64,000 bases of DNA from NCBI GenBank assembly GCA_002399235.1, contig DHDH01000001.1, forward strand, positions 24,594-88,593. Direction: 5' to 3'. Shown here piece by piece: positions 38,211 through 48,648 of the stretch (positions are counted from its first letter, which is position 1; every line of letters starts with the position of its first letter). A program made the position numbers and the translations under genes. The notes below the pieces were generated by a model that was not told the DNA's origin, made no database searches, and worked only from the letters and a program-made list of their open reading frames with translations. Source of the DNA: Firmicutes bacterium UBA4881 (GTDB lineage: Bacteria > Bacillota > DTU065).

Positions 38211-39407
38211 ATGCCTAGAAAACTTATTTTCTTCATTTTACTCTTACTTTTAACTAATTCATCGATAGCTCTCACTTTAGATGAAGCTTTTGAATTAGCT
38301 AAAAATGGTCCCGAGGGTATCGCTTTGCAAGCTGTGGTAAAGACTGATATCAGTTATTCTTTAGAATTAAACTCAAAGATTTCTTCAGATAATCTCTTAA
38401 CTTCGACAGAAATTAAAGGACTTGCGCAAATAAAATCTCTCAATTTATCTGGTACAGTAGACCTAAAAAACAAAAATGCTAATGCTCGTTTTAACCTACC
38501 TTTAGAGCTAATAAATTATAAGGCACTGTATAAACCTGACACTGACTTGTTATTAAGCCTTAGAAGTCGGGTAACTAATCTCTTCTTTAATATTCTAGAG
38601 AGTGATAACCAATTAGAGGCTAAACTATTAGCTTTAGAAATAGCGAAAGAAGAATACGAAAGAAGTAATCTTTACTTTGCCAGAGGTACTATCTCTTTTA
38701 AAGCCCTTTCTCAATCTTTAGAGGAAAAACAAAGAGCAGAAAATCAATTACAACAATTCATCAATACTTATAAAGATAACCAAAATGAACTAGCTTATCT
38801 CCTGGACTTAGTAGGAGTGCAGCCTCTTACCGATGACTATTCGCTAACTTTTAAACTTTTAGATGATCTGCCCTTAACCGAAAAAGAACAATCTGAACTC
38901 GATTACCCTATACTTGCAGCACAGCTTGAACTCGAACAGTTAAAGAAGCTACATTTCCCGCAACTAAGCCTAGAGGGAACTGGAAGTATAGGGCAAACAA
39001 ATAAATATTATGTAGGTCTATCCCTAAGATACCTTGTTTTGAGTAGTAATCAGAATGCTTTAAAAAGGAACGCTCAAGCAAAGCTAGAAAATGCTAAACT
39101 CGAACGAAATAAAAAAGAAAGAAACTTAATAAAAGAGAAAAACCGCCTGAAAAACGACTATAACAATGAGGTCTTAGCTTTAGAAGCCGCTAAACTCAGA
39201 TTAAAAGAAAATGAAGAATTTTATGAGTTAGCAAGCAAAGCGTATCAGGATGGTCTAATTTCGGATCTCGATCAAAAAAGAGCTTATTTAACTCTGTTGC
39301 AAGCTAGGGCTAATTACAAGTCTACCTACCACAAGTGTTTTAAACTGAAGCTAGCAATAGAAGGGGTTACCCTCTACCAGCAGGGTAATCTGGCAATAAC
39401 TATCTAA
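38211..39407 (+). CDS. TolC-family outer-membrane efflux protein (with beta-strands)
   Basis: LTLDEAF, FARGTIS, FPQLSLEGTG..YYVGLSLRY, YQDGLIS. Paralog of 9464-10705. Confidence 0.75.
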   Translation: MPRKLIFFILLLLLTNSSIALTLDEAFELAKNGPEGIALQAVVKTDISYSLELNSKISSDNLLTSTEIKGLAQIKSLNLSGTVDLKNKNANARFNLPLELINYKALYKPDTDLLLSLRSRVTNLFFNILESDNQLEAKLLALEIAKEEYERSNLYFARGTISFKALSQSLEEKQRAENQLQQFINTYKDNQNELAYLLDLVGVQPLTDDYSLTFKLLDDLPLTEKEQSELDYPILAAQLELEQLKKLHFPQLSLEGTGSIGQTNKYYVGLSLRYLVLSSNQNALKRNAQAKLENAKLERNKKERNLIKEKNRLKNDYNNEVLALEAAKLRLKENEEFYELASKAYQDGLISDLDQKRAYLTLLQARANYKSTYHKCFKLKLAIEGVTLYQQGNLAITI

Positions 39408-39447
39408 TTTTGGTTTAGGGTAATTCCAACTAAATTATATTAACTCA

Positions 39448-39483
39448 ATTGAGTAGGAGGGGGTGTAACCACCGCCTCCTCTC
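39448..39483 (-). mobile_element. 3'-terminal relic (domain VI) of a group IIC intron
   Basis: Minus strand reads GAGAGGAGGCGGTGGTTACACCCCCTCCTACTCAAT. No domain V or RT gene nearby. Confidence 0.5.
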
Positions 39484-39643
39484 TTTATGTAGCTCTAGGT
39501 CCTGGAAAGTGAGGTTCTGGACTTTACTTTTAGCAAGCTATTGATTATTTTTTTCAAAACTAAGAAGCTTTTTTAGTTTTTCCAAAGATAAAAACGCCAA
39601 AGCATTCATATCTATCTAGGAGAAAGTGTGAGGAGGGAGTAGT

Positions 39644-40786
39644 ATGAAGCTTTTGCGTTTTTTAGTTTTTGTTCTGCTTATGTTGTTTAGTGTTGTTGTT
39701 TTGGGTCCTGTACCAGATAACTACACCCTCGAATGTATTTCGCAGCCAACAACTGTTATTGATTTAAGCCCAACGTTAAAACAGAAACCGGTTATTGGTG
39801 CTTCAGCGGCTATTTTATATGAACCAAAGAGTAAAACAATTCTTTTTTCTAAAAAAGCTGAAACCGAAAGAGCTCCAGCTTCAACCACAAAAATTATGAC
39901 CGCCATTCTGACTTTAGAAAGGTGTGCTTTAGACGAGGTAGTAACTATTAGTAGAAAAGCTTCGAGAGTTGGTGGTTCACAAGTAGGACTAAAAGAAGGC
40001 GAAAAACATTCGGTAGAAGAACTCTTATGGAGTCTACTATTAGTTTCTGGTAACGATGCAGCTATAGCACTAGCTGAACATATAGCTGGTTCGGTAGAGA
40101 AATTTGCTATTTATATGAATACAAGAGCCAGAGAGTTAGGCTGCCAAAATACTAATTTCGTTAATCCTCATGGACTGTCTGCACCTGGTCATTATAGCTC
40201 AGTTTATGATTTAGCACTCATAACCGCTCATGCTCTCCAGTATCCTTTCTTTCAAGAGATGGTATCAGCAAAAGAAAAAGAGATTCCTTGGAGCCAATCT
40301 TGGGATCGCTATTTGAAAAATACCAATAAACTATTATGGATCTTAGAAGGTGCAGATGGAGTAAAGACAGGTACGACTAATTTAGCTGGTGCTTGCTTAG
40401 TATCATCAGCTTCTAAAGATGGTAGACAATTAATTGCTGTTGTTTTAAATAGTAGGGATCGTTGGGTTGAATCAGCAAGGTTATTAAAATGGGGCTTCGA
40501 TAATTTTGCTTGCCAGTTAGTTATAGGAAAGACAGAGACGATTCCCGATGTTTATGTCAATAATGGTAAGTATTTTGCTGTAGGTAATACCAATAAAGAT
40601 ATTTATGTCACGATCCCTAAAGGAGTTCAGCCGATTATAAAATTTCACCCCTATGAGCTACATGCTCCTGTTTTAAAAGAGCAGATAATAGGTGTTCTGG
40701 AGGTAGGACCAATACTAGGGCAAACTAGTAAACAACCTGTATATTCATCTTTCAAGGTCGGGAAAAAGAATTTCTTTCGTAAGTAA
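39644..40786 (+). CDS. D-alanyl-D-alanine carboxypeptidase (peptidase S11, DacB/DacF-like)
   Basis: PASTTKIMT, SGNDAA, NPHGL, KTG. Confidence 0.93.
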   Translation: MKLLRFLVFVLLMLFSVVVLGPVPDNYTLECISQPTTVIDLSPTLKQKPVIGASAAILYEPKSKTILFSKKAETERAPASTTKIMTAILTLERCALDEVVTISRKASRVGGSQVGLKEGEKHSVEELLWSLLLVSGNDAAIALAEHIAGSVEKFAIYMNTRARELGCQNTNFVNPHGLSAPGHYSSVYDLALITAHALQYPFFQEMVSAKEKEIPWSQSWDRYLKNTNKLLWILEGADGVKTGTTNLAGACLVSSASKDGRQLIAVVLNSRDRWVESARLLKWGFDNFACQLVIGKTETIPDVYVNNGKYFAVGNTNKDIYVTIPKGVQPIIKFHPYELHAPVLKEQIIGVLEVGPILGQTSKQPVYSSFKVGKKNFFRK

Positions 40787-40885
40787 TACGTTTGTTAATT
40801 AGGAGCTTTCTTTACCGAGTTTATTAACTAAATCTTTGCTATAATAATAATGACAATAATTGATTATAAGGATGGCTTAAAGCAT

Positions 40886-43312
40886 ATGGCAATAAAAAAT
40901 ATAGAGCTCTTAGCTCCTGTGGGAGATTTTGATAGTTTATATGCTGCAATAGCTAGCGGCGCTAATGCTGTTTATTTAGGTGGCAAAGCTTTTAGCGCTA
41001 GAGCTTCAGCAGCCAATTTTAATAACGAAGAACTTATTGAGGTTGTTAATTACTGTAAACTACGCCAGGTTAAGGTCTATGTGACAGTAAATACATTAAT
41101 AAAAGACAAAGAACTCGCTAGTGCCAATGATTTCCTGGCCTTTCTCAATAAAATTGGTGTGGACGGGGTAATCGTTCAAGATTTAGGTCTTTGGTTATTA
41201 GCAGAGAAATATCTTGGTTTAGAAAAACACGTGTCTACTCAGATGACTCTCCACAACACATCAGCGGTAGAAATGCTCCAAAAAGCAGAGGCTTACCGAG
41301 TGGTGTTGTCGCGTGAACTTAGTCTAGAAGAAGTCGCAGCTATTAAAAATAAAACAGGTATTAGCCTCGAAGTATTTGGCCATGGGGCTCTCTGTTTTAG
41401 CTATAGTGGACAATGTTTAATGAGTAGCCTACTTGGTGAGAGAAGTGGTAACAGGGGGCGGTGTGCTCAACCTTGCCGCTTGAACTACTCACTTCTAGAT
41501 CAATTTGGTGAAAGATATACCTCTATAGGACCGTATCTACTTAGCCCTAAAGATCTGCGTACCGGTCTTGATTTATCTAAATTGGAAGGAGTAGTTGACT
41601 CCTTAAAGTTAGAAGGAAGACTAAAAAAACCAGAATATGTAGCTACTATAACTCGTACCTATAGAGCGTTATTAGATGGTTCAATTAACCTTCAAGAAGC
41701 AGAGAAAACTTTACGTGAGGTTTTTAACCGAGACTTTACCAAAGGTTATCTTTTCGGTGAGAGAGGGCGCCAAATTATGGGCCATCAAAGGCCTAATATG
41801 CGAGGGCTTTTTCTCGGTCAGATAACTAAATCGACAGGAGATTCCATCACTATCAAGCTGCAGCAACAACTTAATAAAGGTGATGGTATCGAAGTCTGGT
41901 TAGAAGCAGAAAACAGTATTGGTACAGTCGTTGGGGAAATTGTTAAAGATGGTTATAAAATAGAGAGTGCTAACCCAAACGATTTAGTAACTATACCCTT
42001 AAGAAAATTGGTGCCAGTAGGAGCAAAAGTTTATAAGACTAAAGCCAAAGAGTTAATCTCTTTAGCTCAAAGCACTTATCGATCAGAACGTGAATATCGT
42101 AAGCAACCACTAGACTTTTTTGTCAAAGCAAAAATTGGGTCTGAATTTTCCATAGTAGTTACAAACAACTATGGAGTAACAGGTCAAGGTATTAGTGAGC
42201 ATCTCTTAGAGAAAGCCCAAAAAAGGCCTTTGAGTTTTGAGGTACTAAAAGAACAACTGAACAGGTTAGGGAACACCCCTTACAATTTAGCAAATCTAGA
42301 AGTTGAGTTAGACCATAATGTGATGGTACCTTTCAGTGTAATTAACGAAACTAGAAGGATAGCTATTGATGATTTAGAGGCTAAGCTCATAGCTAGAAGT
42401 AGACGTGAACCGGTAATAGTTGATTTGCCTGAACCATCTATAGCTAAAAAAAGACCGTCTTTATTAATTGCTGAGGTAGCAACTCCTAACCTCTTTAAGA
42501 AAGCTCTCAAGGCTAAACCAGATCTTATTTACATCTCTGGAGAACGCTTGCAAAGAAATGGCTTTACCTACAAGTCTTTAGAGGAAGCGAGAATTGCTTG
42601 CCAAGCCGAGGGCATTCCTTGTTATTATGTTTTCCCCCGAATAATGCACGATAACGAACTAAAAAGAGAAGGTAGTTTTATTGCTACGCAAAAATTCGAT
42701 GGTTATGTAGTTGGCAATCTAGGTGCTTTTTCATTGCTTAAGCCCCAAGATAAGATCGTTTTTGATTGGGGTTTAAATATCATGAATTATCTAGCAGCTG
42801 AGTTTTTGCTTACCTATGCTGGCGATTTCTGCTGGGAGAGGTTTACAGCTTCCCTAGAACTAGAAAAAACAGAGTTGGCAGAATTAGCTGAGAAAATACC
42901 TCTGGAAGTGGTTGTTCACGGAAATCTACCCCTCATGATCAGTAAAAATTGTATTATTGGTACCACCAGAGGGGAAGGAACCTGTTCTCGTTGCAGTAGA
43001 TTTTGCGAAGAAAAAGATTATTATCTTGAAGATAGATTAAAGTATCGTTTTCCCCTTTTTAGTGATAGAGATGGTAGAAGCCATATCTATAATTCGCGTG
43101 ATCTTTGCTTAATTGATGAAGTTAGTAAGATAAAGGAATTCGCTTCGGTTAGATTGATGTTCTCTATAGAGGACGAGCCAGTTACCGAAATCATAGATGC
43201 GTATAAATTAGTCAGGGAACAAACCCTGGATGCCTCTACTCTGAAAGAAAGACTATTAGCTATTAGTCCAAGACCCTTTACCACGGGGCACTATTTCAGG
43301 GGGGTTGAATAG
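40886..43312 (+). CDS. U32-family protein with DUF3656 (RlhA-like RNA hydroxylase)
   Basis: ELLAPVG, HVSTQMT, HGALCFSYSGQCLMS, SGNRGRCAQPCR, KLEGR, QLNRLGNTPY, TTGHYFRGVE. Confidence 0.9.
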   Translation: MAIKNIELLAPVGDFDSLYAAIASGANAVYLGGKAFSARASAANFNNEELIEVVNYCKLRQVKVYVTVNTLIKDKELASANDFLAFLNKIGVDGVIVQDLGLWLLAEKYLGLEKHVSTQMTLHNTSAVEMLQKAEAYRVVLSRELSLEEVAAIKNKTGISLEVFGHGALCFSYSGQCLMSSLLGERSGNRGRCAQPCRLNYSLLDQFGERYTSIGPYLLSPKDLRTGLDLSKLEGVVDSLKLEGRLKKPEYVATITRTYRALLDGSINLQEAEKTLREVFNRDFTKGYLFGERGRQIMGHQRPNMRGLFLGQITKSTGDSITIKLQQQLNKGDGIEVWLEAENSIGTVVGEIVKDGYKIESANPNDLVTIPLRKLVPVGAKVYKTKAKELISLAQSTYRSEREYRKQPLDFFVKAKIGSEFSIVVTNNYGVTGQGISEHLLEKAQKRPLSFEVLKEQLNRLGNTPYNLANLEVELDHNVMVPFSVINETRRIAIDDLEAKLIARSRREPVIVDLPEPSIAKKRPSLLIAEVATPNLFKKALKAKPDLIYISGERLQRNGFTYKSLEEARIACQAEGIPCYYVFPRIMHDNELKREGSFIATQKFDGYVVGNLGAFSLLKPQDKIVFDWGLNIMNYLAAEFLLTYAGDFCWERFTASLELEKTELAELAEKIPLEVVVHGNLPLMISKNCIIGTTRGEGTCSRCSRFCEEKDYYLEDRLKYRFPLFSDRDGRSHIYNSRDLCLIDEVSKIKEFASVRLMFSIEDEPVTEIIDAYKLVREQTLDASTLKERLLAISPRPFTTGHYFRGVE

Positions 43313-43325
43313 GAGAGAGCTAGAT

Positions 43326-45650
43326 ATGGAAGAAAAAACGTTGAAGCTTCTTGAATATCCCAAGATAATTAGCGAGTTAGCTGATTTAGCAGCTACAACA
43401 ATTGGTAAGGAAATAACTTTAGCCATCAAACCTTACACCCAGTTTATGAGGGTAAAGCATGAGCTACGGGAGACTAGTGAAGCTTATGCTATGTTGAATT
43501 TAGCTAAAGAACCATCATTTGGTGGGGTAAGAGATATTAGGCAAGCAATAGCATTAGCCGAAAAAGGAGCTACCTTAGAAGGTATTGATCTTTTGGCTAT
43601 CGCTGATACACTAAGAGCTACTCTCAAGATGACTCAGTATCTTGATGGTTGTGGTTATCCCTGGCTAGAACAGTTAGGTTTTCGCTTATCCCCTTTACCT
43701 TTTCTTTATCGGGCGATTGAGGAAACCTTTGACGATCAAGGCGAAGTTATCGATACAGCTTCAGCAGAGTTAGAGAAAATACGAAAAGAATTACGTATTG
43801 CCACCAATCGTTTAGAAGAAAAAATGAACAGTATGATTCGTTCTGCTGAGTTTAGAAAATATTTACAAGATCCAATTATTACTAGGCGGGGAGAACGAAT
43901 GGTTATCCCCGTAAAACAAGAATTTAGAGGTATGGTACCCGGGATTATTCATGATCAATCTGCTAGTGGTGCTACACTCTTCATTGAACCGGCAGCTGTT
44001 GTGGAACTAAACAATAATATTAGAATTTTAAAAGAGCAAGAATTTGAAGAGGTCCAGCGAATCTTAAAAGAACTTTCCTGGCAAGTAGGCGATAACAAAG
44101 ATAAATTAATGCTTAACATTGAGACACTTGGCAGATTAGATTTTGCTTTTGCTAAGGCCCGGTATGCACTCAAATTAAAGGCTACAGAGCCCGAGATTAC
44201 AGAAGGTGGCTATTTCCAGGTTGATAAAGCTAGACACCCCTTAATTAAGGGAAACGTAGTACCTATCGACTTTACGTTAGGTCGCGATTTTCATACGATT
44301 GTAGTTACTGGGCCTAATACTGGTGGTAAAACAGTGACTCTCAAGACCATTGGGTTAATGGTTTTAATGGCTCAGTCAGGTTTATATATCCCTGCTAGAG
44401 AAGGGTCTAAGTTGGCTTTCCGTACAGCTGTTTATGCTGATATTGGTGATGAGCAAAGTATTGAGCAAAGTCTTAGTACTTTTTCTTCTCATCTAACTAA
44501 CATCATTGCTATCTTAAATAAAGCTGATGCTTCTTCTTTAGCTTTATTTGATGAACTAGGAGCAGGTACGGATCCTCAAGAAGGTGCTGCTTTAGCTATG
44601 GCCATTCTTACCGAACTTCATAATCGAGGCGTTTATACTGTGGCCACCACTCACTACTCTGACTTGAAATCATTTGCTTACCTTACAGAGGGTGTAGAAA
44701 ATGCTTCTGTAGAGTTTGACCCCGAAACACTCAGCCCTACCTATAGATTATTGATTGGTATACCAGGTAGAAGTAATGCTTTAAATATCGCTTCCCGTTT
44801 AGGTTTGGATAAAAAGATAATAGATTATGCTCGTTCCAAAGTAAGTACAGAAACCATAGAAGCTGGAGCTCTTATTGAAAGACTAGAAGAAAATAGACGG
44901 ATTAGCGAAGAATATAGAGAAGAAACCCAAAGACTTAAAGAAGAAGCGGCTAAATTAAAAAGTCAGTACGAAAAAGCCAAAAAGGATCTGGAAAATGAGA
45001 GACAAGAACTCGTAAAGAAAAACGCTAGCCAGGTTCTAGCTGAGATTGAGAAAAATAAGAAAGAACTAGAACAACTTATCGCAGAAATTAGAGAAAGCAA
45101 GTCTTTAGATGATGCCAAAGAACTGAGACGGTTAGTGGAGGAAGAAGAGAAAAAAAGAAAAGATCAGGTTTTTGAAGCTGAGAAGAAAAGACGTTCACTT
45201 AAACCACGGGAAGAACTTGTAGAGGGACAGCAGGTCCTGTTAAGGCAATCAAATCTTCCCGCTGTTATCTTACAAATAGAAGGTAATAAAGCTTTAGTAC
45301 AAGCAGGTATCATGAAAATAAATGTGCCACTTGTTGATCTCGAGCCAATGGAGAAAGAAGTTGAGAAAAAGCCAAGTATTTCGCGCTATAATTTAGGAAA
45401 AGCGACCATTGGTATTGAACTCAATGTAATTGGTAAGACCGTAGACGAAGCTATTGATGATATTGATCGCTATTTAGATTCAGCAATTTTAGCAGGACTC
45501 GCCTCGGTACGTATTATCCACGGTAAAGGTACAGGAGCACTGAGAAAAGGGATTCAGGAGTTTCTTCGCAGTCATCCGAGTGTCAAAGGGTTTAGAGATG
45601 GCGGCCAGGGTGAGGGCGGGATTGGTGCTACAGTTGTAGATTTACAGTAG
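43326..45650 (+). CDS. mutS2: Endonuclease MutS2
   Basis: HDQSASGATLFIEP, TGPNTGGKT, QSLSTFS, DELGAGTDP, Smr domain IIHGKGTG. Confidence 0.96.
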   Translation: MEEKTLKLLEYPKIISELADLAATTIGKEITLAIKPYTQFMRVKHELRETSEAYAMLNLAKEPSFGGVRDIRQAIALAEKGATLEGIDLLAIADTLRATLKMTQYLDGCGYPWLEQLGFRLSPLPFLYRAIEETFDDQGEVIDTASAELEKIRKELRIATNRLEEKMNSMIRSAEFRKYLQDPIITRRGERMVIPVKQEFRGMVPGIIHDQSASGATLFIEPAAVVELNNNIRILKEQEFEEVQRILKELSWQVGDNKDKLMLNIETLGRLDFAFAKARYALKLKATEPEITEGGYFQVDKARHPLIKGNVVPIDFTLGRDFHTIVVTGPNTGGKTVTLKTIGLMVLMAQSGLYIPAREGSKLAFRTAVYADIGDEQSIEQSLSTFSSHLTNIIAILNKADASSLALFDELGAGTDPQEGAALAMAILTELHNRGVYTVATTHYSDLKSFAYLTEGVENASVEFDPETLSPTYRLLIGIPGRSNALNIASRLGLDKKIIDYARSKVSTETIEAGALIERLEENRRISEEYREETQRLKEEAAKLKSQYEKAKKDLENERQELVKKNASQVLAEIEKNKKELEQLIAEIRESKSLDDAKELRRLVEEEEKKRKDQVFEAEKKRRSLKPREELVEGQQVLLRQSNLPAVILQIEGNKALVQAGIMKINVPLVDLEPMEKEVEKKPSISRYNLGKATIGIELNVIGKTVDEAIDDIDRYLDSAILAGLASVRIIHGKGTGALRKGIQEFLRSHPSVKGFRDGGQGEGGIGATVVDLQ

Positions 45651-45767
45651 AAAAATTAAGACCTTCTACCTAAAGGTTAATTAAAATAATCTTTGGTAGG
45701 AGGTTTTTCTTTTAAAACCACTAACATAATGTTAGATTTTATACAAATTAATAATGGAGGTGCAGAA

Positions 45768-48524
45768 ATGCACTTAAAAAAGAAAAGGATCTGGTTAATT
45801 CTAACCATCTTGCTCCTAGTGCTCAAGGGTGAGGCTTTTCCTTTAACAAAAGAGGAGAAGATTGCAGATTGGCAATTTTATTGCCAGACAATACTTGCGA
45901 ATTACCCTTATTTTGAGGTTAATGCTCGCGTGACAGGACGAGATTGGCGAGATAGTTTACAAGAACTTAAAAAAAGAGTCCTAGAGAGTGAAGATGATCT
46001 TAGTTTTTATGAGGCTATTCAGTATGCTACAGCAACCCTGCAAAACGGTCATACTCACATTATTCGGCCGGAAAGCTATGCTAATTATGCTAGTTCTTAC
46101 GCTGGTGTTAAACGCTGGGAAGACGCTTTCACAGCTGAGGTCAAAACAGCTTATGACTATTGGCAAGAGGTTGTAAATGGTAACAATGAATTTTACGCTT
46201 TTGATATTCGCTATGTTGCCGGAAGCTATATAGTTACTCGTGTAGGTGAAGAGATAAAGGATTTACCAATAGCAGCGGAAGTTTTAGCTATAGGTGGTCA
46301 GAATGTTGATGACTATGTCTTAGAGAAGGTAAAAACTACACAGATTCTCCTAGATCCAATTAAGGGCAAGCGATATGTAAATAATCTTTCTTTGCCTGAG
46401 GGTGCAATCAAACTAACAATTAAAAAGGATAACAAAATTCAAGATGTTGTGGTAGAAACAATAACCAACATAGAACCAGTAGCAAATTATACAAGGCCAG
46501 CTACAACAACTGATATATTAGAATCAGATAAGATTGCCTATGTGAAAATTCCTTCATTAAGCGGATCTTTAATAGACAACGATAAGGAAATGTTACTTTC
46601 TTTTTTTCAAGAGATCAAAGACTATCCTTATTTAATTATTGATATTAGGGGTAATGGTGGGGGCTCCGATTATTACTGGATGAATAATATCATGGCGCCT
46701 TTAATAGATGAACCAGTTGTTGTTCAAACCTACACGGCTCATCGTAAAGCTCCTTTTATTCGTTCTTTCTACAATGCCCGCCTTGGTTTAGCTAATAATA
46801 TTTTTAGACGTTCCAAAGCAGTTTTAGAAAGCTTACCGAATTTACCTTCTGAGGTCCTTACTAATGATTTTGCTGATCCCATGGAATTTAAATATACGAT
46901 AAAACCGAAAAACAGTGTAGGCTATCAGGGACAAATCATTTTGTTAGTAGATGGAGGAGTTTATTCAGCAGCGGAAACCTTTGCTATGGTAGCTAAACAT
47001 TCTGGTTTTGCTTATCTTGTGGGCACGAGAACAGGTGGTGATGGGCCTGGTATCGATCCTGTGTTTTTTTCCTTGCCCCATAGTAAATTAGTGATTCGCA
47101 TGGCAGAAAGTATAGGCCTAAACCCAAATGGTGCTGCTAATGAAGAAGAACACACCTTACCTCACCTTTGGGTTGCTCCTGAACCAGAGTATTACATTGC
47201 CTCACTTACGTCACAGAATGGTTATGATAGAGATAGACAATTAAAAACCGTTCTAGAGCTAATTGCTACAGATAATTTAATAGCAAATAAGATAGCAGCC
47301 AATAAAGAACAGGTGCCTTCTATAATGGAGCATCTTTTCAGTGGGGTTAATAGTAGTACAGATCAGGAACTTAGTCAATTCCAGGGTAAAACCATCTCGG
47401 AGGTACGCATTTACGGAGCTTATGCGACTAATTATGCTAAGCTAGAGAAACTAATTGATCTAAAACCAGGGGAAACGGTAAAAGTAAAAAAATTACGTAT
47501 GTTAGAAGATAGATTAAATGCCACAGGTGCTTATGCCCAAGCAGCCATTAATTTAAGCGAAGAAAGTAAAGGGGAAGTAATTGTTAAGATTCAGGTAAAG
47601 GAAGGTTTTCTTTTCTTTCTTACGCCTTATGATGCCTTCACGACTGTTATGTCTGATATTACTAGTAAGAGTCTTACGGGCAAGATTTATAATATAAATG
47701 GTGGTTTGCATAACTTTTCTATTACAGCCTCTATTCCTAATGAGCGACTAGAACTTAGTTGGGAAACACCTCTTATTTTCACTAATACCTATCAAACTAG
47801 TGTAGCTGTAGGTAGCTTGAAATATGGTAATCTAGTAACTACAGGATCAGAAAAAGGAAGAGGTTATCTTTTAAGAGACAATTATTTGCGTGCTGATATT
47901 TCTTTAGGAGTAGCACCTGCTACGAGAATTTATTTGCAGACAGCTTATTTTCAGGATACTTACCTTGAGACAGACACCCTCTCGCCTCATGGCCTGAAAA
48001 ATGGTGATTACTATGAAGTTGCTTTAGGGATCAACCAAACAATAAGAAACTTTTATACACTCCAAACTATACATCAATTAAATTCTTCTTTAACACTGGT
48101 TGGAGCAGGGAAGGAACTAGGGTATCGGCTAAGCACTGGCCTGCGTTCATATTTCCAAGTCGGGGATAAACTTAGGTTTACAATTAAACTAAATACTGGT
48201 TTAGCTGAAACAGTTCCTTATCAAAGACTGTACCAGATCAGTAGCAACTCCTTACCAGCCTACACTGGCATTACTATGCAAAAATTTGTCTTAGCAGGGC
48301 TAGAGAATACTATTTATCCAATAAAAGATATCTCTCTCGTTATTGGTTTATCAGGATTATATGGTAAAGAAGGGTTAGACGCTAGTATTAATAATGCTTA
48401 TCTTTCTTTATACGGAGCTCTACGGTATAGGTTGCCGTTTGGTTTACCGCTAGGTGTAGTTTATGGCTATGATCCTTTAAGCGGTGTTAGCAGAATTAAC
48501 TTTGGTATTAGTAATGAATTTTAA
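45768..48524 (+). CDS. S41 peptidase - POTRA - Omp85-type beta-barrel fusion protein
   Basis: Signal peptide. S41 motifs NGHT, IIDIRGNGGG, YSAAETF, GTRTGG. POTRA-like GKTISEVRIYG..LKPGE..RLNATG.Y..VKIQVKE. About 300 aa of amphipathic strands ending INFGISNEF. Confidence 0.75.
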   Translation: MHLKKKRIWLILTILLLVLKGEAFPLTKEEKIADWQFYCQTILANYPYFEVNARVTGRDWRDSLQELKKRVLESEDDLSFYEAIQYATATLQNGHTHIIRPESYANYASSYAGVKRWEDAFTAEVKTAYDYWQEVVNGNNEFYAFDIRYVAGSYIVTRVGEEIKDLPIAAEVLAIGGQNVDDYVLEKVKTTQILLDPIKGKRYVNNLSLPEGAIKLTIKKDNKIQDVVVETITNIEPVANYTRPATTTDILESDKIAYVKIPSLSGSLIDNDKEMLLSFFQEIKDYPYLIIDIRGNGGGSDYYWMNNIMAPLIDEPVVVQTYTAHRKAPFIRSFYNARLGLANNIFRRSKAVLESLPNLPSEVLTNDFADPMEFKYTIKPKNSVGYQGQIILLVDGGVYSAAETFAMVAKHSGFAYLVGTRTGGDGPGIDPVFFSLPHSKLVIRMAESIGLNPNGAANEEEHTLPHLWVAPEPEYYIASLTSQNGYDRDRQLKTVLELIATDNLIANKIAANKEQVPSIMEHLFSGVNSSTDQELSQFQGKTISEVRIYGAYATNYAKLEKLIDLKPGETVKVKKLRMLEDRLNATGAYAQAAINLSEESKGEVIVKIQVKEGFLFFLTPYDAFTTVMSDITSKSLTGKIYNINGGLHNFSITASIPNERLELSWETPLIFTNTYQTSVAVGSLKYGNLVTTGSEKGRGYLLRDNYLRADISLGVAPATRIYLQTAYFQDTYLETDTLSPHGLKNGDYYEVALGINQTIRNFYTLQTIHQLNSSLTLVGAGKELGYRLSTGLRSYFQVGDKLRFTIKLNTGLAETVPYQRLYQISSNSLPAYTGITMQKFVLAGLENTIYPIKDISLVIGLSGLYGKEGLDASINNAYLSLYGALRYRLPFGLPLGVVYGYDPLSGVSRINFGISNEF

Positions 48525-48648
48525 TGGCTTTAAGTTAGTTATATTATCCTACTTAGCACTAAAATTAGACTTAATAAGTTTTCCAAAGACTAAAAATAAA
48601 AACACCTGCAACTTTTGCTTTGAGCTGCAGGTGTTTTGCTAATAGTTT

